From: Gammaproteobacteria bacterium
Lineage (GTDB): Bacteria; Pseudomonadota; Gammaproteobacteria; JBCCGL01
Assembly: GCA_965277715.1 (NCBI GenBank)
Contig: OZ255836.1
Coordinates: 2,144,001-2,208,000, forward strand
Length of the DNA: 64,000 nucleotides
Reading direction: 5' to 3'
A program made the position numbers and the translations under genes. This document shows, one piece after another, positions 53,845-64,000 of the stretch (the stretch's first letter is position 1; the number at the start of each line of letters is the position of its first letter). Below the pieces are notes generated by a model. The model was given only the letters and a program-made list of their open reading frames with translations. It was not told where the DNA came from and made no database searches.

Positions 53845-55044
53845 ATGAGAACATTTACCGCGCTACCGCCACTATCGCTTTATATCCACCTGCCCTGGTG
53901 CGAGAAAAAATGCCCCTATTGCGATTTCAATTCACATACGCGACACCACACGCAATACCAGGCAACAGCCGATAAGCACCTCCCTGAAAAAGACTATGTC
54001 GAGGCCCTGCTGGCAGATCTCGCCCAGGATTTACCCCAGGTGTGGGGGAGAAAGATCGACACTGTATTTATTGGCGGAGGCACCCCCAGTTTGTTCTCGG
54101 CGCAGGCGATTGATGATTTGCTCGCCGGGGTACGCGCACTGACCAACCTGCACCCCGGTATCGAGGTTACCATGGAAGCCAACCCCGGCAGTGCCGAGCG
54201 GGAAAAGTTTACCGACTTCCGCGCAGCGGGAATCAACCGGCTGTCTATCGGTGTGCAAAGTTTTAACGACGAACACCTGCAAGCACTGGGCCGCGTGCAC
54301 GATGCGGCACAGGCGGTATACGCCGCCGAGGCAGCACACGCCGCCGGGTTTGCATCATTCAATATCGATTTAATGTTCGGCCTGCCCAAACAATCAGCGC
54401 AGCAGGCGCTGGCAGATATCGAACAGGCGATTGCGCTATCCCCCCAGCACATCTCTTATTACCAACTCACACTGGAACCCAATACCTTATTTTACCAACG
54501 CCCACCGACACTACCCGATGAAGACACCAGTTGGGCTATTCAACAGTCTGCCCAACAGTCACTGGAACGCACCGGGTTCGGACAGTATGAGATCTCGGCC
54601 TATGCACAACCGAATTACCGCTGTAAACACAACCTCAACTATTGGCAATTTGGTGACTACCTGGGTATTGGCGCAGGCGCGCATGGCAAAATAAGCAACC
54701 CGGCCAGCGGCGCCATTACCCGCACCATCAAACGCCGACAACCAGACGATTATATGCAACAGGCGCATACCGCCGCACGCCTGCTCAATGAGCGCACCCT
54801 CTCGCTGGATGAAACCTGTATCGAATTTATGATGAATGCCATGCGTCTGAAACAGGGTGTACCGGCGCACCTGTTTCTAAGCCACACAGGTTTGCCGTTA
54901 GCCCGCTTTCAACACGTACTGGAAACGGCACAGAAACAGGGGCTACTCCACTGGGATCATCAATTACTTTGCCCAAGTGATAAAGGTTTTCTGTTTCTCA
55001 ACGATTTATTGTCTATATTAATGGATGAGCCTGCACCGACATGA
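53845..55044 (+). CDS. hemW: Radical SAM heme chaperone HemW
   Basis: LYIHLPWCEKKCPYCDFN, GGGTPS and HNLNYW motifs. Confidence 0.93.
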   Translation: MRTFTALPPLSLYIHLPWCEKKCPYCDFNSHTRHHTQYQATADKHLPEKDYVEALLADLAQDLPQVWGRKIDTVFIGGGTPSLFSAQAIDDLLAGVRALTNLHPGIEVTMEANPGSAEREKFTDFRAAGINRLSIGVQSFNDEHLQALGRVHDAAQAVYAAEAAHAAGFASFNIDLMFGLPKQSAQQALADIEQAIALSPQHISYYQLTLEPNTLFYQRPPTLPDEDTSWAIQQSAQQSLERTGFGQYEISAYAQPNYRCKHNLNYWQFGDYLGIGAGAHGKISNPASGAITRTIKRRQPDDYMQQAHTAARLLNERTLSLDETCIEFMMNAMRLKQGVPAHLFLSHTGLPLARFQHVLETAQKQGLLHWDHQLLCPSDKGFLFLNDLLSILMDEPAPT

Positions 55045-55235
55045 GCGATCTTGAAGAAGTGCGGGTTATGTGCCCGTACTGCGGTTCGGGTTTTATTGCA
55101 CTTATTGAAGCGTCAATAGAGAATCAACACTATATCGAAGACTGCCGTGCCTGTTGCTCACCGATCAACTTTGTTGTTTCGGTGGGCTGCGATAATCAAC
55201 AGCTGTACGTAAGGACGCTCAGAGATGATGAATAA
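55041..55235 (+). CDS. CPXCG-motif cysteine-rich protein
   Basis: CPYCG...YIEDCRACCSPI. Confidence 0.85.
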   Translation: MSDLEEVRVMCPYCGSGFIALIEASIENQHYIEDCRACCSPINFVVSVGCDNQQLYVRTLRDDE

Positions 55236-55479
55236 ATATATCCCAATTGCCTGTGAAGTATACGGTAACTACGAGCTGGCTATTCTGCGCCATGCGCAGA
55301 TGCGGTTTTGCTGGCATGCACGCGGTGGTATTGCGCGTATTGAATCGCTGGTGCCGATGAGTATCCGCACACACCGCCAGGGGGAGTTTATCGTGCTGCG
55401 CAACCGCCGGGGCGGCGTGCGCGTGGTGCGACTCGACCGTATTATCAGCGCTACCCTGCTGCGGCCTAAAAAACAGTGA
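55225..55479 (+). CDS. Rof-like Rho-binding antiterminator
   Basis: YIPIACEVY..YELA and C-terminal RLDRI. Confidence 0.75.
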   Translation: MMNKYIPIACEVYGNYELAILRHAQMRFCWHARGGIARIESLVPMSIRTHRQGEFIVLRNRRGGVRVVRLDRIISATLLRPKKQ

Positions 55480-55595
55480 GCGGAAGGGTTAGTCCACAAG
55501 CGCCCCGGAACTGCGTTTTTTTTACTCGCCATAGCACCCTATGGTTGCGCAAAAACGCCTTGCTCTGCCACGCTTGTGGGCTAACCGAACCCGTC

Positions 55596-55694
55596 AACCT
55601 AAATTCCGCAGTTGAATCGTAGCGAGGGCGTCTAATGCGCTTCATCTTCAGTGCATTAGGTGGTCGCAATAGATTCAACTGTGGAATTTAGGGT
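55596..55694. repeat. MITE/REP-like palindromic element, long copy
   Basis: Same terminal IRs as 22118-22193 plus an internal hairpin. Confidence 0.85.
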
Positions 55695-55719
55695 CAATAT
55701 AAGGTAGACGGTGTACTGG

Positions 55720-56256
55720 TTATTGTGCGGTCTTAACGCCCAATAACGCGTCCTGGTCTAACTTGCGCTGCTCAAGCGTTTCCTGCAGCTTATTGGCATC
55801 CTCAAAAAGCTTTTTGACCGCATCCGGTGAATACGGCGACGCCACGCCTGTTTGCGTCGAGGCTTGAGCAGCGGGTTTCGCTTCGTCCGATTCAGCCTCC
55901 TGCTCAGGTGCTTTGAGTGATTGCACAATATTTTCATTGGGCCTTAGAGTAACCTCACGCAACGAGGCCGCATTGTCAGGCGGAGCCTCACCGTAGTGCC
56001 AGGCACCACTGGCATCCTGCCATTTATAGACGGTCTGCTTGTCACCGCCCTTCAGGTTCTCACTCACCTCTTCCGGTAACTGCCCAACTGATTCGCCTAT
56101 ACCGTTAAATTTGGCCATCATATTTCCGCCTATTCCCTCAAAAACGGCCACGGGGTTACCACCATTGAGGTAAGTGAGGTAAGACATTATTCCAAATATA
56201 ATGCACAGTGGTATCATCGCTTTAAACAACAATTTGAAAACCAAACCAACCATCAA
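55720..56256 (-). CDS. DUF4124 domain protein
   Basis: VYKWQDASGAWHYGEAPP motif. Confidence 0.8.
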   Translation of the reverse strand: MMVGLVFKLLFKAMIPLCIIFGIMSYLTYLNGGNPVAVFEGIGGNMMAKFNGIGESVGQLPEEVSENLKGGDKQTVYKWQDASGAWHYGEAPPDNAASLREVTLRPNENIVQSLKAPEQEAESDEAKPAAQASTQTGVASPYSPDAVKKLFEDANKLQETLEQRKLDQDALLGVKTAQ

Positions 56257-56460
56257 TGGCTCCTTATCAGGGCTAAATCAGGGCTAATTGCCTGTAAGCA
56301 GAGTCTACACCCATAAAGCCGGGTTTTACATCGTCTACCTTATTGACTGGTTCAGCGTTGCGTTGTTGGCACTGAACAAGGCGCGCTGGCTTGCCATAGT
56401 GGTTCTATGGCAAGCCAGTGCAACGCCGGGTAGCAATAACGCAATAAAACCAATATTATT

Positions 56461-56835
56461 ATATAGATCAATAGGTTGTGTAACATATCAAGATACAGCC
56501 ACATGTTTGGGTTATACACACACCAGCAAGCTGCTATGGTTTTTTACGCACGTGCGTCCATAATTTTGACAGTCGAGCAAAGAATTACCTTAACTCATTG
56601 ATTTATATATATTTAAAAAATATGATCAGTTTTTAAACAAATAGACTAAACCCCATGCTGACTGCGGTTTACAGGCCACTAACACCAAGTCATCCACACA
56701 CTTATCCACAGAGAATGTGTAAAAAAAATAACACCAGAAACATCAATAATTTACAGCCCATTTTCACAGTAATTAATGGGATATGGCAGGCTTTAAACAA
56801 ACGGCTGAATGAGAAAATTCGCTTGTTATCAACAC
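56461..56835. promoter_or_regulatory. DnaA-box/IHF cluster, DARS-like
   Basis: Boxes TTATACACA (56512), TCATCCACA (56690), TTATCCACA (56702) and TGTGTAAAA (56716); IHF consensus TAACTCATTGATT (56591). Confidence 0.65.
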
Positions 56836-56887
56836 TGAAATCCGCTAGAATCCCGCGCCTTTTCACCCTGCAAGCATTGAGACCAAC

Positions 56888-57088
56888 ATGAAACCGGATA
56901 CACATCCCGCCTATAACGCACTCTCCGTTACCTGTAGCTGCGGTGAAGTGTTCCAAACCCGCTCGACACTCGGTAGAGACCTGAATGTGGAGGTCTGCTC
57001 AAAATGTCATCCATTCTATACCGGCAAACAGAAGATGTTGGACACCGCCGGTCAGGTCGATAAGTTCCGCCGTCGCTACGGGGGTTAA
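56888..57088 (+). CDS. rpmE: 50S ribosomal protein L31 (zinc-binding type)
   Basis: HPAY, CSCG and [12 protein letters not shown] motifs. Confidence 0.97.
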   Translation: MKPDTHPAYNALSVTCSCGEVFQTRSTLGRDLNVEVCSKCHPFYTGKQKMLDTAGQVDKFRRRYGG

Positions 57089-57113
57089 CCGCCCGACACC
57101 CAGGCATTCCCCA

Positions 57114-57905
57114 GTGGTTGCCCGCCTGAATAATAAAAAAGCGCTCATAATGAGCGCTTTTTTATTGCCCACTCTCTTGTCAGTGAATACCCTCACTGCC
57201 GCCAACGACTGCCCACCAGACCGTATCGATGCCAGCCACCAGGTAGCGCATATATACGATGGCGATACTGTACGCCTGCGCAATGGTGACAAAGTGCGTT
57301 TTATTGGCATTAACACCCCAGAGATCGGCCGCGACGGCAAACCCTCTGAAGCCTTTGCCCGCAAAGCCAAAAATCGCCTGGCACAATTGCTAAAAAATCA
57401 CAACTACATCCTCAATCTGCGCTATGGCAACGAACAGCGGGATCGCTACCAGCGCCTGCTGGCACACGCTTACCTGGCAGACAACCGCAGCATTGGCGCT
57501 ATTTTATTGCGCGAGGGGCTGGCGGTACAGGTCACCATTCCACCCAACGTGCGTAACTTGCGCTGCTACCACAAGGCAGAGTCGATAGCCCGTGCTGTAC
57601 GTCGTGGCATCTGGTCACTGGCCCAATCAAACGGTGTCGACGCCAGCAAACTCACAGATAAAACCAAAGGCTTTCGCATTATCAGTGGCCTCGTTAATGG
57701 CATCCATCGACAGCGTGATGTCCTGTATTTAAACCTGCAAGACCGCCTTAACCTGCGTATTGATAAAGGTGACCGGAAATACTTCGATCCCGCTTTTTTA
57801 CAAGGGCTTAAAGGCAGGCGAATACGGGTGCGTGGCTGGGTCAGTGCGCGCAACCATGTACTTCAGATGCGGCTTCGGCACCCGGCGGCCATTGAGGTAG
57901 AATAA
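57114..57905 (+). CDS. Thermonuclease (SNase) family secreted protein
   Basis: YDGDT, VRFIGINTPE and DRYQRLLAH motifs; start uncertain. Confidence 0.88.
   Translation: MVARLNNKKALIMSAFLLPTLLSVNTLTAANDCPPDRIDASHQVAHIYDGDTVRLRNGDKVRFIGINTPEIGRDGKPSEAFARKAKNRLAQLLKNHNYILNLRYGNEQRDRYQRLLAHAYLADNRSIGAILLREGLAVQVTIPPNVRNLRCYHKAESIARAVRRGIWSLAQSNGVDASKLTDKTKGFRIISGLVNGIHRQRDVLYLNLQDRLNLRIDKGDRKYFDPAFLQGLKGRRIRVRGWVSARNHVLQMRLRHPAAIEVE
57132..57166. terminator. Intrinsic terminator-like hairpin after rpmE
   Basis: AATAAAAAAGCGCTCA-TAA-TGAGCGCTTTTTTATT. Confidence 0.8.
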
Positions 57906-57933
57906 GCCCACTAGCCCGGATGTTTCACACACT

Positions 57934-59418
57934 ATGAAAAACCTACCCCACGCTGTTGTTACGCTATCACGCCTTTTATTACTGGGCATTCTGCTGTTTA
58001 CGCAGCTCAGTGGTTGCGCTGTCAATCCAGTGTCTGGCGAGCGCGACTTCGTCCTTATGACAGAAAAGCAGGAAGTGAGCGTCGGCAATCAGTACCACCA
58101 GGAAATCCTCAAGCAATACAAAGTCTACGATGACCCTGCGCTACAAGACTACGTAAACCAGATTGGCCAGGAGCTGGCAAAAAACAGCCACCGCAAACAA
58201 TTGACATTCCATTTCACGGTACTCGACAGCCCTGAAGTCAACGCGTTTGCACTGCCTGGCGGCTATATTTATATTACCCGTGGCATCATGGCCTACCTCA
58301 ATTCCGAAGCCGAGCTGGCCGGTGTGCTCGGGCATGAGATTGGCCATGTGACAGCGCGCCACTCGGTACGCCAGCAAAGCGCTTCGCAGGTGACCGGGTT
58401 GCTCGGCGGCCTTCTCAATGCAGCCACAGGACAAGACCCAGGGCGCGGCCTATTCTCTCAGCTCGGCGTCGCACTCACCCGAGGCTACGGTCGAGATCAC
58501 GAACTCCAGGCAGACAACCTCGGCGCGCAATATCTGGCGCGGATTGGTTATGCCCCAGACAACATGATCAACGTTATAAGCGTATTGAAAAACCAGGAGC
58601 TGTTTGAAAAAGAGCGCGCCAAACGTGAAGGCCGCAAGGCACAAACCTACCACGGTGTATTCGCCAGCCACCCCAGAAATGACAAACGGCTCAGCAGAGC
58701 CGTCAATTCGGCCAACCAATACCGCAGTGGGCAAAACCGTGCGATTGGCCGGGCGCGTTATCTGAATAAAATTGACGGCTTGTTATTTGGGCAAAATGCC
58801 GACGATGGCATAGTGCGCAATAACGCTTTCTACCATGCAAAACTCAACGCCAAACTGTTGGCACCACAAGGTTGGCGTATCGAGAACCGACCAGACAAGC
58901 TGTTGTTTATCGCCCCAAACCAGGCGGCATTGCTGCAAATAGAACTTTTGCCGCGCCCCCAGAAACACAGCGCAAAAAAGGTGCTGCTCGACCATTTAAA
59001 GCGCCGGTCGCTCAGTGAGTCGGCGTCCCTATCTGCAAACGGCATGCAAGGCTATACCGGTGTCACGGTGATCAATAACATCCCGTTTGGCAAGCGCAAG
59101 GTGCGCTACAGCGTGTGGCTGCGCGATCAATACGCCTGGGTATTCGCCGCGACGACAAAACAACCTGGCGACTTCAAGCGGTTTGCCCCAGCCTTTGAGC
59201 AGGCGGTAAATAGCCTGGATAAGCTGAGTAAAAAAGAGCACCAGTTGGCACAGCCATTGCGCCTAAAGGTTATCCGCACGACGGCTGACAGCCGTTACAA
59301 AACACTGGCGGCAGATTCATCGCTGGGCAATTACGCCGAGTCACAACTGCGCCTGCTAAATGCCAGCTATCCAGCGAGCAGACTGGCGCCTAACACCTTG
59401 ATTAAAACAGTCCAGTAG
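57934..59418 (+). CDS. M48 family metalloprotease lipoprotein
   Basis: LSGC lipobox; NAFALPGG, HEIGH and ELQAD motifs. Confidence 0.92.
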   Translation: MKNLPHAVVTLSRLLLLGILLFTQLSGCAVNPVSGERDFVLMTEKQEVSVGNQYHQEILKQYKVYDDPALQDYVNQIGQELAKNSHRKQLTFHFTVLDSPEVNAFALPGGYIYITRGIMAYLNSEAELAGVLGHEIGHVTARHSVRQQSASQVTGLLGGLLNAATGQDPGRGLFSQLGVALTRGYGRDHELQADNLGAQYLARIGYAPDNMINVISVLKNQELFEKERAKREGRKAQTYHGVFASHPRNDKRLSRAVNSANQYRSGQNRAIGRARYLNKIDGLLFGQNADDGIVRNNAFYHAKLNAKLLAPQGWRIENRPDKLLFIAPNQAALLQIELLPRPQKHSAKKVLLDHLKRRSLSESASLSANGMQGYTGVTVINNIPFGKRKVRYSVWLRDQYAWVFAATTKQPGDFKRFAPAFEQAVNSLDKLSKKEHQLAQPLRLKVIRTTADSRYKTLAADSSLGNYAESQLRLLNASYPASRLAPNTLIKTVQ

Positions 59419-59430
59419 TCTCTCGCTTCG

Positions 59431-60342
59431 GTGAATAAACCACTGCCTGGCATGTATTTTATTGACGCCAGTATTTATATTTTTCGCGGCTGGTTCGCGC
59501 TACCGGAAACGCTCACAGACAAGCAGGGCAACCCCATTAATGCAGTGCTCGGCTTCACCGATTTTTTACTGCAATTGATCGAACAGAAAAAACCAGAGCA
59601 CATCGCCTGTGCATTTGATACCAGTCACCGCACGTCTATTCGAAAAACCATTTATCCCGATTACAAGGCCAACCGGGCGCCCGCACCGGACTCCCTGAAG
59701 TACCAGTTTGCCATTTGTCGGGAATGGGTTAAAGCGCTCGGGTTAGCGGGGTTTGCCAGCGAACACTACGAGGCAGACGATATTCTCGGCACCTTCGCGC
59801 AACATGCGCAGCATCAACAAACACCGTTTGTTGTGGCCACCGCCGATAAAGACCTGACCCAATTGATTGGCAAACAGGATTACTGGTGGAGTGCCACCAA
59901 TAACTACTGGCTTAATTATCGCAGTATTGAAAAGCGTTTTGGCGTACGCCCTGAGCAGATCGCCGACCTATTGGCATTGAGCGGTGATAAAGTCGATAAC
60001 ATTCCCGGCGTACCGGGTATCGGCATGACCACGGCTGCCCGTTTGCTGACCAAATGGGGAAATATCGATACCTTGTACAGCAACCTCGCAAAAGTAGGGC
60101 TAATGCAATTTCGCGGGGCAAAACGTATTCAACAGTTGCTTGGCGAACACCAGGATACTGTCGAAATAGCCCGCCAGCTAACCCCCGTATATATTGATGC
60201 CTCATTACCAAAAGACCTCGGTTGTCTGCGACCAGGCGCTATCGATAGCACGGAACTGGTGAGATTTTATCGATTACTAGGGTTTGACCAACAGCGCTGC
60301 CATCGCTGGGATAAAATCGCACACAATAGGCAATCGGTTTAA
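59431..60342 (+). CDS. Stand-alone 5'-3' exonuclease / flap endonuclease (Xni-like)
   Basis: YKANR, EADD, DKDL and [14 protein letters not shown] motifs. Confidence 0.9.
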   Translation: MNKPLPGMYFIDASIYIFRGWFALPETLTDKQGNPINAVLGFTDFLLQLIEQKKPEHIACAFDTSHRTSIRKTIYPDYKANRAPAPDSLKYQFAICREWVKALGLAGFASEHYEADDILGTFAQHAQHQQTPFVVATADKDLTQLIGKQDYWWSATNNYWLNYRSIEKRFGVRPEQIADLLALSGDKVDNIPGVPGIGMTTAARLLTKWGNIDTLYSNLAKVGLMQFRGAKRIQQLLGEHQDTVEIARQLTPVYIDASLPKDLGCLRPGAIDSTELVRFYRLLGFDQQRCHRWDKIAHNRQSV

Positions 60343-60344
60343 AA

Positions 60345-60923
60345 GTGCGCCAACTACTGCTTTTTAACAAACCGTTTGGTGTGCTTTGCCAGTTTACAGG
60401 TGAAGCGGGGCAATTAACGTTGGCCAACTTTATTCCCCAAAAAGAAGTTTACCCCGCCGGTAGATTGGACAAAGACAGCGAAGGCTTATTACTGCTAACC
60501 AATGACGGTAAATTGCAGCACCGTATCAGCGATCCAAAACATAAACTGGAAAAAACCTATTGGGTACAGGTTGAAGGGCATATCGATACGCAGGCGCTCA
60601 ACGCACTGCGACGCGGTGTCAGGTTGAAAGACGGGCTTACAAGGCCAACGAAAGCGATAGCGATAACAGAAAATGTCGGGCCAAAGAACGTATGGCCACG
60701 CACACCGCCGATTCGCGTACGCAAGAACATACCAGACAGTTGGCTGGAACTGACATTGACCGAGGGGCGCAATCGACAGGTTCGGCGTATGACTGCAGCG
60801 GTCGGCTTTCCCACGCTGCGGCTCATCCGCGCCCGGATCGGCCCTTGGCAACTGGATCATTTACAACCAGGCGCATGGTGCGCCGGAAACCTGTCGGGCT
60901 TAGGTATTCGCAGTGAAGATTAA
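60345..60923 (+). CDS. rluE: 23S rRNA pseudouridine synthase E
   Basis: [17 protein letters not shown] and [10 protein letters not shown] motifs. Confidence 0.9.
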   Translation: MRQLLLFNKPFGVLCQFTGEAGQLTLANFIPQKEVYPAGRLDKDSEGLLLLTNDGKLQHRISDPKHKLEKTYWVQVEGHIDTQALNALRRGVRLKDGLTRPTKAIAITENVGPKNVWPRTPPIRVRKNIPDSWLELTLTEGRNRQVRRMTAAVGFPTLRLIRARIGPWQLDHLQPGAWCAGNLSGLGIRSED

Positions 60924-61888
60924 CTGCGCCGATCAACCGATGCATAGGCAATGGCTTGCAGTGCCCGCTTAAAAGGTGAATCATCAATCGCTGCCAGTTG
61001 CTCCACTGCCAGTGACGACTCCCGCTCTGCCAGTGCCTGCGCTTCATCCAGCACACCGGTTACCTGGATAATAGCCAGTATTGCATCGATCTTTTCACGG
61101 CCACCTTGCTCAATCGCTTCACGAAGCACTGCAACCTGAGACGGATTGCCGCGCTTTATCGCTAAGATCAGGGGTAGCGTCGGCTTACCTTCGGCGAGGT
61201 CATCCCCCAGGTTTTTCCCCATTTGTGCCGCATCAGCACTGTAATCAAGGATATCATCGACCAGTTGAAAAGCAGTACCAAGGTGCATCCCGTAGTTGGC
61301 CAGCGCCGTTTCCTGCGCCTCTGGCAGGCCAGCCAATACTGCGCCAAGGCGGGTTGCCGCCTCAAACAACTTTGCCGTCTTGGCGTGAATAACATTGAGG
61401 TAAGTTTGTTCCGTCGTATCCGGGTCATTGATATTCAGTAACTGTAAAACCTCCCCTTCGGCGATCACATTGGTGGTATTGGCCAGAATCTCCATTACCC
61501 GCATACTGCCCACCTCAACCATCATCTCAAAGGCACGTGAATACAAAAAATCGCCCACCAGTACCGCCGCCTCATTACCCCATACGGCATTGGCCGTATC
61601 GCGGCCACGCCGCATGGTGGAATCGTCAACGACATCGTCGTGCAGCAGGGTGGCGGTATGAATAAATTCAACGATCGCGGCAAGGTCAATGTGTTGATTG
61701 CCACAGTAACCCGCCGCCTGCGCGGCCAGCAACACCAACTGGGGGCGCAGGCGCTTGCCACCGCTACTGACGATGTAGTACGACAACTGATTAATCAGTA
61801 CCACATCCGATCTCAGGCACTCGCTGATAAAATTATCGACACGACGCATATCGTCCGCGATTAAAGCCTGGCTTTGTTTAAGGTTCAT
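60920..61888 (-). CDS. ispB: Octaprenyl diphosphate synthase
   Basis: [15 protein letters not shown] and FQLVDDILD motifs. Confidence 0.95.
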   Translation of the reverse strand: MNLKQSQALIADDMRRVDNFISECLRSDVVLINQLSYYIVSSGGKRLRPQLVLLAAQAAGYCGNQHIDLAAIVEFIHTATLLHDDVVDDSTMRRGRDTANAVWGNEAAVLVGDFLYSRAFEMMVEVGSMRVMEILANTTNVIAEGEVLQLLNINDPDTTEQTYLNVIHAKTAKLFEAATRLGAVLAGLPEAQETALANYGMHLGTAFQLVDDILDYSADAAQMGKNLGDDLAEGKPTLPLILAIKRGNPSQVAVLREAIEQGGREKIDAILAIIQVTGVLDEAQALAERESSLAVEQLAAIDDSPFKRALQAIAYASVDRRS

Positions 61889-62025
61889 CTGGGTTTTATC
61901 AATACACTTATAGGGAAGGGACAAGGGATCGCCCTCATGGGCAATCGGTAAATCCTAAAAACGCACGCCATACCTGTCAAGCAATGTTATGCCTGGTGTT
62001 TTGCTTACTGGGCGATATAACCCAA

Positions 62026-62153
62026 GAGCTTCTGGTAGCTTCTGGGACAGGAGCTTCTGGGACAGGCATCAAATAATAGAGCTTCTGGAAACGAGTTTCT
62101 GGAGTTTCTGGGACAGGCATTAAATAGGAGTTTCTGGGACAAGCATCAAATAA
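62026..62153 (+). repeat. Nested, truncated direct-repeat array at the RAYT left end
   Basis: Seven units starting (G)AGYTTCTG with variable 3' extent; the longest is GAGYTTCTGGGACAGGCATYAAATA. Confidence 0.85.
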
Positions 62154-62213
62154 TTGACAGATAGCCTTACTCTCTTTTAGGATGGCGTCCAACCAGCGTT
62201 AAAGGAACTGACC

Positions 62214-63179
62214 ATGACCCGCCCCCGCAAAGACCAAATCTCACTATCAGACACCCCCTACTACCACATCGTATCGCGCTGTGTACGGCGCACCTTTCTC
62301 TGCGGGCTGGACCCACTGACTCAACACGACTATGAACACCGTCGTCAGTGGATTGTCGACCGCATCCGGCTGCTCTCATCGCTCTTTGCCGTTGACCTGT
62401 GCGCCTACGCCATCATGAGCAATCATTACCACCTCACCGTTAAACTCAACCCAGAACAAATCGATACACTAACTGACCAGGAAGTTATCAACCGCTGGTT
62501 AAGCCTGCACAAAGGCTCCCTGTTGGTTCAAAAAATGCAGGCGGGGGAAACCCTCAGCACCGCTGAATATCACGCCGTTGGCGATATTGTCACCGCCTGG
62601 CGCCAACGCCTGAGCAGCTTAAGCTGGTTTATGAAGTGCCTTAACGAACCCATTGCCCGGCGGGCCAACAAAGAAGACGAGTGCACTGGCCATTTCTGGG
62701 AGGCCCGATTTAAATCACAGGCACTGCGCTCTGATGAAGCCTTATTAGCCAATATGGTCTATGTTGACCTCAACCCTGTCCGCGCTGGTATCGCCGACAA
62801 ACCCGAGAATGCCGATTACACCAGTATTCAGGAACGTATCACTCCCCAGTTCAATCTCAGACAGGCTGTCCAACAACAAATCACTGGTGAAGAACTACAG
62901 CAGTTCAATGCCCCATTAAAACCACTTCTGCATTTCTCCGAGACCATTAACGACACATCTACCGGCATCCCGCTAAATTTTACTGACTATCTGACTTTGG
63001 TTGACTGGACGGGCAGAGCCATTTGGCAAGACAAGCGGGGGTATATTGCTCAAGACCTGCCGCCAATATTGCAACGACTCAACATTGACAAAGAGAACTG
63101 GTTAAACAACACCCAACACTTTGAATCACGTTATTGGAAGGCATTATCTCACAGGGTAATTGCTGCTGATACCGGATAG
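62214..63179 (+). mobile_element. REP-associated tyrosine transposase (RAYT, HUH/Y1)
   Basis: YYHIVSRCVRR, YAIMSNHYHL (HUH) and YVDLNPVRAG motifs. Confidence 0.9.
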
Positions 63180-63446
63180 TCATTCAACCGCCGCACTCTT
63201 CCAATTTTCTGGATTTTCTCAACTCACTAATAATGGGTTATTTTTGTTTTGCCTGAAAAAATGTTTTTCACTAAAACAAGACTCAATAGTTGGCTCATTA
63301 CACCGAATATCTTTCAAATAGGTGGAAAAAATCAGGTTTGAATATCCTGGGTACCGTTTTCGATTTTCGGGGTATCTTTGCACTTATCTATATAGTGTCT
63401 GTCCTGAATGGTCTTGAATGATCTCACTTTATAGTCTCCATTGTGG

Positions 63447-63545
63447 GCATAACACCGCCATAAACGGATGCAGAAGCATCGCGTAGGCAGTCCGGTGGAA
63501 GCCACGTTTTTTGTGGCCGGAACGTATTTAATGGCCTTGTTACAA
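63447..63545 (+). other. attC-like integron recombination site
   Basis: GCATAAC...GTTACAA ends, pairing arms TAACA/TGTTA and GCCAT/ATGGC, and a central GCCAC/GTGGC stem. Confidence 0.55.
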
Positions 63546-63591
63546 GACACTTGCCACGAACTCATATTTACCTATACCTGTTAATATATAG

Positions 63592-64000
63592 TGCCTGTCC
63601 TATCTACTATCTATACCGAAGAACCCCATAAGCATTAGAAATAATGGTTTTCTTAAAAAACTTATAGAAAACGATCTTTCTTTTTTGCAATATACACACT
63701 CTGCTTTAAGTAGATCTATCATGTATGTGCTGACGAATTTTGATAAAAAAATAACATTAGCTATAGCCGCAAAAAAATCTCATATAAGCCCGAGTCACCT
63801 CTCCTATTTATATAAGAAATATTTAAATATATCTTTTAAACAATTTGTTTTGCAAATCCGTGTGGAAAAATCAAAAATTATGTTAACGGAGGAAAAGGAA
63901 ATAAAAATAACAGAAATATCTAACAAAACTGGATTCCATGACCTTAGTCACTTTGAAAAGACGTTTAAAAAATTCGTGGGGATTAACCCAATGCAATATA
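63592..64000 (+). CDS. AraC-family HTH domain (partial, runs off the window)
   Basis: Manual translation: ITLAIAAKKSHISPSHLSYLYKK...ITEISNKTGFHDLSHFEKTFKKFVGINPMQY. Confidence 0.8.

Noticed and set aside
56461-56835. oriC
   Set aside because: No dnaA, gidA or parAB neighbours and no clear DUE or GATC enrichment; the DARS-like geometry fits better. Not fully excluded.
62026-62153. Possible CRISPR array
   Set aside because: The units are truncated copies with no unique constant-length spacers, and there are no cas genes.

Overview
Chromosomal window from a gammaproteobacterium, probably marine (inferred from ilvA-rpiA, aspC, hemW, rpmE, rluE, ispB, rbgA and rof-like genes). Intact housekeeping and catabolic genes are interrupted by decayed accessory inserts. 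(1) A 3.8-kb island bounded by a 157-bp direct repeat of the aspC 3' end carries a qatC tail, an internally deleted qatD, an intact DUF262-HNH (GmrSD-like) gene, an ADP-ribosylglycohydrolase pseudogene and an IS66 relic. (2) A 3.5-kb segment bounded by about 210-bp hairpin-rich inverted repeats carries an intact DUF6765-like gene among IS4, IS3, Tn3 and ISL3 scars. (3) A REP-associated tyrosine transposase (RAYT) locus has 'stuttered' end repeats and an attC-like hairpin. The centre holds a large nitrogen-compound catabolic region: hydantoinase/oxoprolinase A/B, a Rieske oxygenase, GcvT-like and non-pyrrolysine MttB methyltransferases, bluB, a creatininase-family gene and a complete five-step hut pathway with HutC boxes. 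Further right are a giant subtilase lipoprotein with a PrcB-like partner, an RND pump, and a DnaA-box/IHF cluster upstream of rpmE with the geometry of a DnaA-reactivating sequence (DARS). All calls come from reading motifs by eye; no database searches were run.
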